Positions 9,654-18,579 of a stretch of DNA of 64,000 nt are shown here, one piece after another (position 1 is the stretch's first letter; every line of letters begins with the position of its first letter). The notes beneath the pieces are model-generated. The model did no database searches. It saw only the letters and a program-made list of their open reading frames with translations, and was not told the DNA's origin. Made by a program: the position numbers and the translations under genes. The DNA is from Hyphomicrobiaceae bacterium (GTDB lineage: Bacteria > Pseudomonadota > Alphaproteobacteria > Rhizobiales > Hyphomicrobiaceae): NCBI GenBank assembly GCA_041397725.1, contig JAWKVZ010000001.1:602021-666020 (forward strand), given 5' to 3'.

Positions 9654-9740
9654 CTCATTCAGCTCGCGAATGAACGATCAAGAGCCGCACAGGCCGGACG
9701 ACCTAATGACACAGCAAAAGAAGGTGGAGGGAACTTGCAC

Positions 9741-10787
9741 ATGACACGACGCGCGCTTACCCGCGGAGCACTGGCGGTGCTCGCAGCTTCGGGATTGATC
9801 GGTCTGTCGCTCCAGTCGGCAGGCGCCGCCGAGAAGTGGTCGGACGTGGTGGCCGCCGCCAAGAAGGAAGGCAAGGTCGTCTTCTACCACAACATCACGC
9901 CGAAGGGCATCGAGCCCATCCTCAAGAAGTTCCGTGAGGCGTATCCCGGCATCCAGACGGAGCACGTCCGTCTCGGCTCGAGCCCGCTCATCCAGCGCTT
10001 CAGCGCCGAGTTCGGCGCCGGGCGCCATCTCGCCGACGTGGTCATCACCTTCACCGACGACCGCATCGCCAAGGGCATGAAGGCCGGCTGGATGCTCAAG
10101 TGGACGCCGCCCGAGCTGGCGCAGTTCCCGGCCGACGTCAACCGCGAGAACCTGCTCTTCACGCTGCAGTATGCCCGCGAGGGCATCATCTATAACAAGC
10201 GCCTCGTGAAGCCGGCCGATGTGCCCAAGGAGTGGACCGACCTCTTCGATCCCAAGTGGAAGGGCAAGGTCGGACAGAACCCGACGTGGCGCTCCGTCTC
10301 GGTGCAGCAGCTCATCGCCTACCTGCGCAAGAAGGGCATCAAGGACCCGGCCGAGGCGCTCAAGGCCAACGAGGTGCGTCTCTTCAACGGCTCGGGCGGC
10401 ATCATCCAGGCCATCATCCGCGGTGACATTCACATCGCCCACATCAGCGATCTGCCCGTGAACACGGCGATCGCCGACGGTGCGCCTGTCGCCATCGTCT
10501 ATCCGAAGTCCGGCACGACGCTCTCCGCCAACCAGATCTTCGTCGCAGCCAAGGCCCCGCACCCCAACGCGGCGCGCGTCTTCGTCAACTGGCTGATGAC
10601 CAAGGACGGCCAGACGGCGCTGCAGCACTTCGGTGGCCTCTCCGTCACCCGCAAGGGCATGCCGCCGCTCTCGCACCTGCCGGCCACCTCCGCGCTCTCC
10701 AATACCGTCGACGGACGCACCATCCTGACGCCGGCGTTGCAGAAGGAGATCATCGAGCACTGGCGCAAGGTGTTCGGCGTCAAGTAG
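9741..10787 (+). CDS. ABC transporter periplasmic substrate-binding protein, Fe(3+)/polyamine-type (FbpA/AfuA-like)
   Basis: Signal peptide MTRRALTRGALAVLAASGLIGLSLQSAGAA. AAGGTGGAGG sits 10 nt upstream of ATG 9741. The call is family-level, by resemblance to Fe3+/spermidine-type solute-binding proteins. Confidence 0.7.
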   Translation: MTRRALTRGALAVLAASGLIGLSLQSAGAAEKWSDVVAAAKKEGKVVFYHNITPKGIEPILKKFREAYPGIQTEHVRLGSSPLIQRFSAEFGAGRHLADVVITFTDDRIAKGMKAGWMLKWTPPELAQFPADVNRENLLFTLQYAREGIIYNKRLVKPADVPKEWTDLFDPKWKGKVGQNPTWRSVSVQQLIAYLRKKGIKDPAEALKANEVRLFNGSGGIIQAIIRGDIHIAHISDLPVNTAIADGAPVAIVYPKSGTTLSANQIFVAAKAPHPNAARVFVNWLMTKDGQTALQHFGGLSVTRKGMPPLSHLPATSALSNTVDGRTILTPALQKEIIEHWRKVFGVK

Positions 10788-10807
10788 GCCACACGCCAAC
10801 CAGACGC

Positions 10808-10856
10808 GTCGAGCGGCGCAGCACTGTCGCCGCTCGACGACGCTTTCTCATTCTCC
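10808..10856 (+). terminator. Intra-operon stem-loop (GTCGAGCGGCG-cagcactgt-CGCCGCTCGAC) with a T-rich tail, between the SBP and permease genes; likely attenuating terminator
   Basis: An 11-bp perfect stem is followed by GACGCTTTCTCATTCTCC. This position is typical for giving an SBP gene higher expression than the downstream permease and ATPase genes. Confidence 0.5.
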
Positions 10857-10937
10857 GGCTCCGCCGACAGATCCGCGCCCGTCCCGGCTCGCAGCCCGTG
10901 ACACGGCGCACCCCCTCGACCGCACGAGGAGCGACAG

Positions 10938-12677
10938 GTGACCGACGCCGTCGTCGACAGCAGTCGACAAGCCCCCGAGGCCATGACCCGCCGCCCGCCG
11001 CCCAACGGCGCCGGTCGCGATCGCATTCTCAATGTCGTCTACGTCATCACGTGGCTCACCGTCGTCGCGCTCGTGCTCATTCCGATCGCCGCGCTGGTTT
11101 TCGGTAGCCTGCGCACGGCCGGCCCCGGCGAGGGCGGTGAGTGGACCCTCAAGAACTTCGTGGCGCTCGGCTCGGAGGGCGTCGTCGGCACGATCCTGAC
11201 CACGCTCTACATCGGCGGCGCCACAGCCGTGATCTCCGCCGTCATCGGCACGGCCATAGCGCTCATCGTGCATCGCACGGATTTCCGCTTTCCGAACCTG
11301 ATCACCGCGCTGACCGGCCTCGCCTTCTATTTCCCGTCCTTCATCCTGGCGATGGCCTGGATCATCATCGGCTCGCCCGGAGGCATCCTCAACGCCATCG
11401 TCAACGGTGTCCTGGGCATCCCCTTCAAATTCGACGTCTACTCTGTGCCCGGCATCATCTTCGTCATGGTGCTCCATCAGGTGCCGTTCGTATATCTCAC
11501 CATGCGCGGCCCCATCATGGGCATGGATGGCGTCTACGAGGAGGCGGCACGGGCCGCTGGCGCGCCGCCGCTGCAGGTGCTCAGGCGCGTGACGCTGCCG
11601 TTGCTCGGCTACTCCGTGGCCTCGAGCGGCATTCTCACCTTCATCATGTGCATCGAGCAGTTCGCCATCCCGGCGTTGCTCGGCACACCCGGCCGCATCA
11701 CCGTGCTCGCCACGCAGCTCTACCTGCTGTGCCGCTTCGATCCCGTCGACTACGGCCTCGCCGCCGCCGTCGGCCTGGCGCTGAGCGCGATCACCGGCTT
11801 GGCCATCTGGGCGCAGCGCAGCGTCATCACCAACGCCCGCCTCACGACCGTCACCGGCAAGGCCGGCCGCCTCGCACCCATCAGGCTCGGTCGCTGGAAA
11901 TGGCCGGCCTACATCCTCTGCTTCGGCTTCAGCTTCCTGGCGCTCATCTTCCCGGCGATCATCCTCATCTACACCTCGCTGCAGCGCTATTTCAGCTCGA
12001 ACCCGTTCGACGCCGCATACACGCTGCGGAACTACACGTTCATCATCGAGAGTCCCTCGACGATGAGCAGCTTCTGGAACACGCTGATCGTGTCAGGCCT
12101 CGGCGCGCTGGTCGGCGTGGCGCTCGGCTTCCTCGCCTCCTACTTCACGCTTCGCCAGCGCCCGACCGGCTATCGCTGGCTCGATCTCCTGGCCGCCATG
12201 CCCTTCGGCGTTCCGGGCATCGTCATCGGCCTCGGCCTGCTCTGGGCCTACGCCTACCTGCCGCTGCCGCTCTACGGCACGCTGGCCATCCTGGTCGTCG
12301 CCTACGTGACGCGCTATCTGCCCTACGCCACGGAGACGATCGGTGGCCAGATGGTGCAGATCGACAAGAGCCTCGAGGAGGCTGCATGGGTCAGTGGCGC
12401 CGGCCGTCTGACGACGCTGCGTCGCGTGCTGCTGCCCATCGCGCTGCCCTCGGTGCAGGGCGCCTACTTCCTGCTCTTCATGGCGTTCTTCCGAGAGATC
12501 TCGTCGGCGATGCTGCTCTATACCTCGGCCACCTCGGTCATCTCGGTGTCGATCTGGTCCTTCTTCGAACAGGCGAACTGGGGCGAGGCGAGCGCGCTCT
12601 CCGTGATCGCCACGCTGATCATCTTCATCGCCATGTCCCTCATCCTGTGGCTATCGCCCACTTCGCGCCGCTCGTAG
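10938..12677 (+). CDS. ABC transporter permease, fused two-domain (FbpB-like, about 12 TM), 579 aa
   Basis: The 579-aa size and duplicated permease domains are characteristic of iron(III)/thiamine-type fused permeases. A GTG at 10938 is preceded by GAGGAG. The alternative ATG at 10983 (MTRRPP) cannot be excluded. Confidence 0.75.
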   Translation: MTDAVVDSSRQAPEAMTRRPPPNGAGRDRILNVVYVITWLTVVALVLIPIAALVFGSLRTAGPGEGGEWTLKNFVALGSEGVVGTILTTLYIGGATAVISAVIGTAIALIVHRTDFRFPNLITALTGLAFYFPSFILAMAWIIIGSPGGILNAIVNGVLGIPFKFDVYSVPGIIFVMVLHQVPFVYLTMRGPIMGMDGVYEEAARAAGAPPLQVLRRVTLPLLGYSVASSGILTFIMCIEQFAIPALLGTPGRITVLATQLYLLCRFDPVDYGLAAAVGLALSAITGLAIWAQRSVITNARLTTVTGKAGRLAPIRLGRWKWPAYILCFGFSFLALIFPAIILIYTSLQRYFSSNPFDAAYTLRNYTFIIESPSTMSSFWNTLIVSGLGALVGVALGFLASYFTLRQRPTGYRWLDLLAAMPFGVPGIVIGLGLLWAYAYLPLPLYGTLAILVVAYVTRYLPYATETIGGQMVQIDKSLEEAAWVSGAGRLTTLRRVLLPIALPSVQGAYFLLFMAFFREISSAMLLYTSATSVISVSIWSFFEQANWGEASALSVIATLIIFIAMSLILWLSPTSRRS

Positions 12678-12699
12678 GACGACAGGAGTCACCCCGCAC

Positions 12700-13785
12700 A
12701 TGAGCATTGTCGTCAAAGATCTCGTGAAGTCCTATGGCTCGAACAAGGTCGTGCATGCGATCTCGTTCAGCCTCGAGCAGGGCGAGTTCGTCGGGCTGCT
12801 GGGGCCGAGCGGCTGCGGCAAGACGACGACCCTGCGATGCATCGCCGGTCTCGAGGACGCCAACGGCGGCACCATCAGCATCGAGGGCGAGGTGGTCTCG
12901 GACCCCGCCAACGGCATCATGCGCCCCGCCCACAGCCGCAACGTCGGCATGGTGTTCCAGTCCTACGCCATCTGGCCCCATATGACGGTTGCCCAGAACG
13001 TCGGCTTCCCCCTCACCATTCGCAAGATGGGCAAGAAGGAGGTCGCTGAGCGCGTCGACTGGGCGCTCGGCATCGTCGGCATGCAGGAGCTCGCCGCGCG
13101 CCTGCCCTCCCAGCTCTCCGGTGGTCAGCAGCAGCGGGTGGCACTGGCTCGCGCCGTCGTCGGCCAGCCGCGCGTGCTGCTCTTCGACGAGCCGCTGTCC
13201 AACCTCGACGCCAAGCTGCGGGACGCCACGCGCGCCGAGATCCGCCGCCTGCAGCGCCAGCTCAACATTGCCGCCATCTACGTCACGCACGACCAGGCGG
13301 AGGCGCTGTCGATGTCGGACCGGGTCATCGTCATGGATCGCGGCCACATCATGCAGGAAGGGCCTCCCAAGGACCTCTATCGCCGTCCCGCCAATCGCTT
13401 CGTCGCCGATTTCGTCGGCGTCGCGAGCTTCGTCGAGGTGATGCCCACCGACGACAGCCTCGCCTGGCGCACACCCGACGGCACCACCATCCGTGTCGCC
13501 GAGCCAGCGCCCGCCACGTCGGCCGGCGGCGCCATGCAGCTCATGGTCCGCCCGGAAGCTGCGCTCCTGTCGCCGGCCTCCGCAGCGCCCGCCGGCGACG
13601 GCCGCAACGTGCTGCCGGGCCGCATCGTCGAGGCAAGCTACCTCGGCTCGCACACCGAGTATGTGGTCGAGATGGGCGGCAGCCGCGTCCGCATCCACTC
13701 GGGCGACGATCTCGAGCACGAGTCCGACGTGATCGTCTCCTTCGCCCCGACGGACGCGCAGCTCATCCCGATCTCGCGCGACTGA
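12700..13785 (+). CDS. ABC transporter ATP-binding protein (FbpC/PotA/MalK-type with C-terminal regulatory TOBE-like domain), 361 aa
   Basis: Walker A (GPSGCGKTT), LSGGQQQRVALARAV and Walker B (LLFDEPLSNLD) are present. A roughly 120-aa C-terminal extension follows the ATPase core. Confidence 0.85.
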   Translation: MSIVVKDLVKSYGSNKVVHAISFSLEQGEFVGLLGPSGCGKTTTLRCIAGLEDANGGTISIEGEVVSDPANGIMRPAHSRNVGMVFQSYAIWPHMTVAQNVGFPLTIRKMGKKEVAERVDWALGIVGMQELAARLPSQLSGGQQQRVALARAVVGQPRVLLFDEPLSNLDAKLRDATRAEIRRLQRQLNIAAIYVTHDQAEALSMSDRVIVMDRGHIMQEGPPKDLYRRPANRFVADFVGVASFVEVMPTDDSLAWRTPDGTTIRVAEPAPATSAGGAMQLMVRPEAALLSPASAAPAGDGRNVLPGRIVEASYLGSHTEYVVEMGGSRVRIHSGDDLEHESDVIVSFAPTDAQLIPISRD

Positions 13786-13843
13786 GGCTCGGGTACGGGG
13801 CCACGGATACGGGGCCTCTCGTCCAGGGACGGCGCCCGCACCC

Positions 13844-14776
13844 TTACGGCCGCTCGTCGAGGTGGAAGAGCACACCGCCCATGCTGCGCGGGTGAATGAA
13901 GCCGATGCGTCCGGCGCGCGAGCCGGGCCGGCCCGTCTTGTCGATGAGGCCGACGCCCGCCGCATCCAGCCGCGCCAGCACGCCGTCGATATCCGGCGTC
14001 TTCAGCGCCACGTGATGCAGTCCCGCCCCGCGGCTCGAGACGAACTTGGCGATGGCGCCCTGGTCCTGGCGGGTGGTGCCGGCAGCGCCATGATCGACGT
14101 GCCCGGACTGGCGCGGATCGAAATTCTGCAGGAACTCGAGGTCAGTGTCGCCGACCGTGACAAACGCGACGCGCAGGCCGCCCACCGGCACCGGGGGGCG
14201 CGTGTGATAGATGACGCCGTGCCTGTCGGAGGTGAAGCTCTCGACGGGGATCATCACCTCCATGTCGGTCTGCTGGCTCTCCAGCGGCCGGCCGAGCTGT
14301 CCGCACCACGCGGCCACGGCCGCACGATTGTCGGCGCTGGCGATGCCGAGATGATCGATGCGCTCGATCGCCTCGCTGCGGCCCGTCGGCAGCCCGAGCG
14401 GCTCTGTGAGCAGCGTGCGCACGCCCGAGAGCCGGCTGGCATCGAGCGCCACAGTACGCCGGCCGCCAAGCCCGACGCGCGACGCCGCGCCGGCCTGCGC
14501 CACGCCGGCCTTGGCGGCGGCCGCCTGCCCTTCGCCGAGGTCCGCGACCGCGAGCGCGACATGGTGCACCCCCGGCCGCTCCTCGCCCTCCACCAGCGCG
14601 TGCCCCGCCGGCACCAGGGCGAGTGCGCTTTCTCCGACGCTGAACACGGGGATGGTCGTCCCCTGCCCGGCATCGACGTCCGTGCGCACGAGGCCGAGAT
14701 CGCGTCCGAGAACACGCGCCGGGGCCTCCTGATCCCTCACGACGAGAGCGACGTAGGCGAGCTTGTCTCCGATCAT
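13844..14776 (-). CDS. Two-module VOC (glyoxalase/bleomycin-resistance/dioxygenase) family protein, methylmalonyl-CoA-epimerase-like, 310 aa
   Basis: This is the C-terminal 310 aa of ORF 13844..16033, starting at MIGDKLAYVALVV. Two VOC-like beta-alpha-beta modules are present (HHVAL..., HLGIA..., HHVALKT...). The start ATG overlaps the CoA-transferase stop as ATGA. Confidence 0.6.
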   Translation of the reverse strand: MIGDKLAYVALVVRDQEAPARVLGRDLGLVRTDVDAGQGTTIPVFSVGESALALVPAGHALVEGEERPGVHHVALAVADLGEGQAAAAKAGVAQAGAASRVGLGGRRTVALDASRLSGVRTLLTEPLGLPTGRSEAIERIDHLGIASADNRAAVAAWCGQLGRPLESQQTDMEVMIPVESFTSDRHGVIYHTRPPVPVGGLRVAFVTVGDTDLEFLQNFDPRQSGHVDHGAAGTTRQDQGAIAKFVSSRGAGLHHVALKTPDIDGVLARLDAAGVGLIDKTGRPGSRAGRIGFIHPRSMGGVLFHLDERP

Positions 14777-15984
14777 CAGGCGTTCTCCTCGGCTTGCATG
14801 ACCACGCCGGCGGCGACCAGTTCGCCGACCCGTGCCGGATCTATCCCCCAGTCCTCGAGTGCGGCCGTGCTGTGCTCCCCGAGGAGCGGCGGTGGCGTGC
14901 GCACCGAGCGTCCGGCCATCGCGTCGAGCCGCAGAGGGTTCGACAACAGGCGCAGCTCGCCGATGTGCGGATGGGTGACCGTCTCGACCATGCCGCAATG
15001 GCGCACCTGCGGGTCGTCGAACACCTCGGCCATGTCGTAGATCGGCCCGGCCGGCAGCCCGAGCTTGACGAGCGCGTTGACCCATTCGAGCCTCGGCCGC
15101 GCCGCGAAGCGCTCGTTGAGCGCCGCCTTCACTACCTCGCGGTTCTTCATGCGCACGGTATTGTCGGCAAAGTCGGGATGGCGCGCCAGATCCTCGCGCC
15201 CGACGAGCGTGCAGAGCTTGCGCCACATGTCGTCCGTGGCCGCCGCCATGTTGAACGGACCGTCGCTCGCCTGGAAGGTACCATAGGGGCAGATGACCGG
15301 ATGGTCGTTGCCGATGCGCGCCGGCGCGTCGGCGACGCTCAGCCAGCGCTGCCCCTGGATGTTGAGCATGCCGACCAGCCCGGCCAGCAACGAGGTCTCG
15401 ACCCGCTGGCCGCGCCCGCTCTGTTGACGCTGCACGACGGCGGCCTGCACGCCGATGGCCGCCCACATGCCGGCGCAGACGTCGCCAATCGGCAGTCCGA
15501 CGCGGATGGGACCGGAGCTCTCCGTCCCGGTGATGCTCATGAAGCCCGACATGCCCTGGGCGATCTGATCGACGCCCGGCCAGTCGCCGTAAGGCCCGTC
15601 GCGCCCGAAGCCGGTGATATTGGCGTAGATCAGGCGCGGATTGGCCGCCATCAGCGTCTCGGCGTCGAGCCCCATACCCTCCATCGTGCCCGGCTTGAAG
15701 TTCTCGATCAGCACGTCGGCCTGCAGCGCCAGGTCGCGCAGAAGCTCCACTGCGCGCGGCTCGCGGAAACTCAAAGCCACACTGCGCTTGTTGCGATTGA
15801 TGCTGAGGTAATAGGCGCTGGTGCCGTGATCGAACGGCCCCCAGGCACGCGTCATCTCGCCTTTCGGCGTCGGTTCCACCTTGACCACGTCGGCGCCGAG
15901 ATCGGCGAGGATCATGGCGCAGTAGGGACCGGCCAAGGCGCGCGTCAGATCGAGCACGCGCAACCCCTCGAGCGGCAGGCTCAT
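14776..15984 (-). CDS. Family III CoA-transferase (CaiB/BaiF/formyl-CoA transferase family), 402 aa
   Basis: The N-terminus MSLPLEGLRVLDLTRALAGPYCAMILADLGADVVKVE is the canonical CaiB/BaiF start. Confidence 0.85.
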   Translation of the reverse strand: MSLPLEGLRVLDLTRALAGPYCAMILADLGADVVKVEPTPKGEMTRAWGPFDHGTSAYYLSINRNKRSVALSFREPRAVELLRDLALQADVLIENFKPGTMEGMGLDAETLMAANPRLIYANITGFGRDGPYGDWPGVDQIAQGMSGFMSITGTESSGPIRVGLPIGDVCAGMWAAIGVQAAVVQRQQSGRGQRVETSLLAGLVGMLNIQGQRWLSVADAPARIGNDHPVICPYGTFQASDGPFNMAAATDDMWRKLCTLVGREDLARHPDFADNTVRMKNREVVKAALNERFAARPRLEWVNALVKLGLPAGPIYDMAEVFDDPQVRHCGMVETVTHPHIGELRLLSNPLRLDAMAGRSVRTPPPLLGEHSTAALEDWGIDPARVGELVAAGVVMQAEENA

Positions 15985-16241
15985 CGCTCCTCCCCGTCGT
16001 CGTTTCTCCCGGCGGCCGGTCGAGCGGCCACACTTGCCCCGGCAGTTATCCAGACCCCAACCCGCATTGCAAGACCGGTAGCACTGACAAAACCTTGTCA
16101 GAGGGAGAGCGCCTGCACTAAGCTCTGGACTGTGCCGGTCATTCTAAACTTAGAACAAGCTGACCGGGCATCGATTTGCAGCCGCCGAAGGGCTCGGGAA
16201 CGCGCGCGCTGTTTGAACCCTGCAACACGGGAGGCGTAGTT

Positions 16242-17393
16242 ATGACATCAAAACTGAAGCGGCCGCTGCTCGCAGCCGTTTTCGCGACCGCCATGGCGGG
16301 ACCGGCGATTGCCCAGGACGTCATCGTCATCGGCGTGTCGCAACCGTTGACGGGCGCTGTCGCGGCATCCGGCAACTACGTCGTGCAAGGCGCCAAGATC
16401 GCCGAGGACGCAATCAACGCCAAGGGCGGCGTGCTCGGCAAGAAGATCCGGCTCATCATCGAGGACAACAAGTCGAATCCGACCGAAGCCGTCGCCACGG
16501 CCGAGAAGCTCATCGTCAAGGACAAGGTTCCCGTGCTGATGGGCGCCTGGAGCTCGACCTACACGCTCGCCGTCATGCCCAAGCTTATGGAGTACGGCGT
16601 GCCGATGGTCGTCGAGACGTCCTCGTCCGGCAAGATCACGACGTCGGGCAACCCGTGGATCTTCCGCATCAGCCCGACCTCCGAGATGGAGGCCAAGGCC
16701 TTCGCCGCGATGGTCGCAAAGTTCGGCATCAAGAAGGCCGACTTCCTCTCCGTCAACAACGACTGGGGCCGCGGTGCCGCTGGCGAGTTCTCCAAGATGC
16801 TCAAGTCCAAGGGCATCAAGGTCGGCGCCATGGAGACGATGGACCCCAAGGCCACCGACATCTCGGCACAGCTCGCCAAGATCAAGGCCTCGGGTGGCGA
16901 CACGCTGTTCGTGACGACAGGCGTCGAGCAGATCACGCTCATCCTCAAGCAGGCCAAGGAGCAGAAGCTCACCCACAAGATCATCACGACGGGTGGCTCG
17001 TCCTCGCCTGACCAGCTCATCGCCCAGGCCGGTGCGGCCGCCGACGGCTCGATGCATCTGCTGTTCTTCGCGCCCTGGTTCCCCGAGGCGGCACCGAACC
17101 CCGACGTGGCCAAGGCTTTCGTCGCCGAATGGAAGAAGCGCGGGCACAACTTTGCCGGCCTTACCGAAGGCTTCCGCGGCTACGACGGCATCCTGACCAT
17201 TGCGGCGGGCATCCAGGCCGCCGGCAAGGCGGACCCCAAGGCGATCCAGAAGGCGCTCTGGGGCGTGAAGGTGAAGGGCGTCAACGGCCCCATCTCCTTC
17301 ATCAAGCAGGGACCGAAGGGCCGCGAAAGCGCGCAGAACGTGCCCAACATCTATGTCGTCAAGATCGTTGGCGGCAAGATCACGAAGTTCTAG
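16242..17393 (+). CDS. Branched-chain amino acid ABC transporter substrate-binding protein (LivJ/LivK family), 383 aa
   Basis: Signal peptide MTSKLKRPLLAAVFATAMAGPAIA followed by a type-I periplasmic binding fold (GVSQPLTGAVAASG...). GGGAGG sits 8 nt upstream of ATG 16242. Confidence 0.8.
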   Translation: MTSKLKRPLLAAVFATAMAGPAIAQDVIVIGVSQPLTGAVAASGNYVVQGAKIAEDAINAKGGVLGKKIRLIIEDNKSNPTEAVATAEKLIVKDKVPVLMGAWSSTYTLAVMPKLMEYGVPMVVETSSSGKITTSGNPWIFRISPTSEMEAKAFAAMVAKFGIKKADFLSVNNDWGRGAAGEFSKMLKSKGIKVGAMETMDPKATDISAQLAKIKASGGDTLFVTTGVEQITLILKQAKEQKLTHKIITTGGSSSPDQLIAQAGAAADGSMHLLFFAPWFPEAAPNPDVAKAFVAEWKKRGHNFAGLTEGFRGYDGILTIAAGIQAAGKADPKAIQKALWGVKVKGVNGPISFIKQGPKGRESAQNVPNIYVVKIVGGKITKF

Positions 17394-17706
17394 GGCGTGC
17401 ATGCCCGAGGTGGAGGCGTCCGCACGCTTCCATCTCGGGTCTTGACCGCACTCAGTCTCATGGAGCCGGAGTGTCGGGGACGGCTTAGATGGCGCGCGAA
17501 GGCGTCACCATCGAAGCTGATCACACACTCGCATCGCGCACGGGCGCGTCACCGTCCTGCTCGGGCTGCTGCGGCAGCTTTTCCTGGACGGGATGCGCCT
17601 CGCTCCGACGCGTAGCGGGCCGGTGTCGCCCTGACCGGCAGCAGCGTGCCGGAACCGGTGCGCGGACGGTTCGCCAGCCATCATTTGCGCCGGGGGGCGC
17701 AGCGCC

Positions 17707-18579
17707 TTGGACCAGCTACTCCAGCACGCCCTGAACGCCTTGATCCTCGGAGGCACCTATGCCCTGCTCGGCATCGGCCTGACCCTCATCTTCGGCATCA
17801 TGCGCGTGGTCAACTTCACGCACGGCGAGCTCTACGCCTTCGGCGCCTACATGATGTACATGCTCGTGATGAAGCTCGGCCTCAACTTCTTCGCCGCGCT
17901 GGTGTTCTCGGTCATCCTCGGCATCGCGCTCGGCGCGCTCATCGAGCTGGTGCTGTTGAGCCGGCTGCGCGGCGCCGACATCGACACCACCATGCTCGTG
18001 ATGATCGGCGCCTGGATCACGATGCAGAACATCGAGCAGCTCGTCTGGTCGGGCGTCGCCAAGTCGATCACCAGTCCCTTTCCGGCGGCGCCACTGACGC
18101 TCGGTGCGGTGTCGGTCTCCTGGATTCGTGTGTTCGTGCTGGTGACGGCGCTGGCGCTGATCGTCGCAACCTACGCGCTGATCCAACGTACGAAGCTCGG
18201 CAAGGCCATGCGCGCGACCTTCCAGGACCGCGACACCGCGCAGCTCATGGGCATCGACGTCAATCGCATCTACATGGCGACGTTCGCCCTCGGCTCGGGT
18301 CTGGCGGCGGCTGCCGGCGCCCTGCTCGGCCCGGTCTTCGTGGTGACGCCGACGATGGGCGATCTCGCCTCGCTCAAGGCGTTCGCCATCGTCATTCTGG
18401 GCGGGCTCGGCAGCGTCGTCGGGGCCACCGTCGGCGGCTTCATTCTCGCCTTCATCGAGGAGCTCGGCGCCGGCTACATCTCCTCCGGCTACCGTGATGC
18501 AATGGGCTTCCTACTCATCATGCTCATCCTGATCTTCAAGCCGACAGGCCTATTCGCCCAGAAGGAGCGCATCGGGTGA
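17707..18579 (+). CDS. livH: Branched-chain amino acid ABC transporter permease LivH-type
   Basis: LivH-like N-terminus (LLQHALNALILGGTYALLGIGLTLIFGIMRVVNFTHGE). Putative TTG start. The stop overlaps the next gene's GTG as GTGA. Confidence 0.75.
   Translation: MDQLLQHALNALILGGTYALLGIGLTLIFGIMRVVNFTHGELYAFGAYMMYMLVMKLGLNFFAALVFSVILGIALGALIELVLLSRLRGADIDTTMLVMIGAWITMQNIEQLVWSGVAKSITSPFPAAPLTLGAVSVSWIRVFVLVTALALIVATYALIQRTKLGKAMRATFQDRDTAQLMGIDVNRIYMATFALGSGLAAAAGALLGPVFVVTPTMGDLASLKAFAIVILGGLGSVVGATVGGFILAFIEELGAGYISSGYRDAMGFLLIMLILIFKPTGLFAQKERIG

Noticed and set aside
13844-16033. 729-aa minus-strand ORF spanning the VOC and CoA-transferase genes
   Set aside because: Only its C-terminal 310 aa (the VOC protein) look real. 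The remainder is Arg/Gly low-complexity sequence overlapping the CoA-transferase in another frame.
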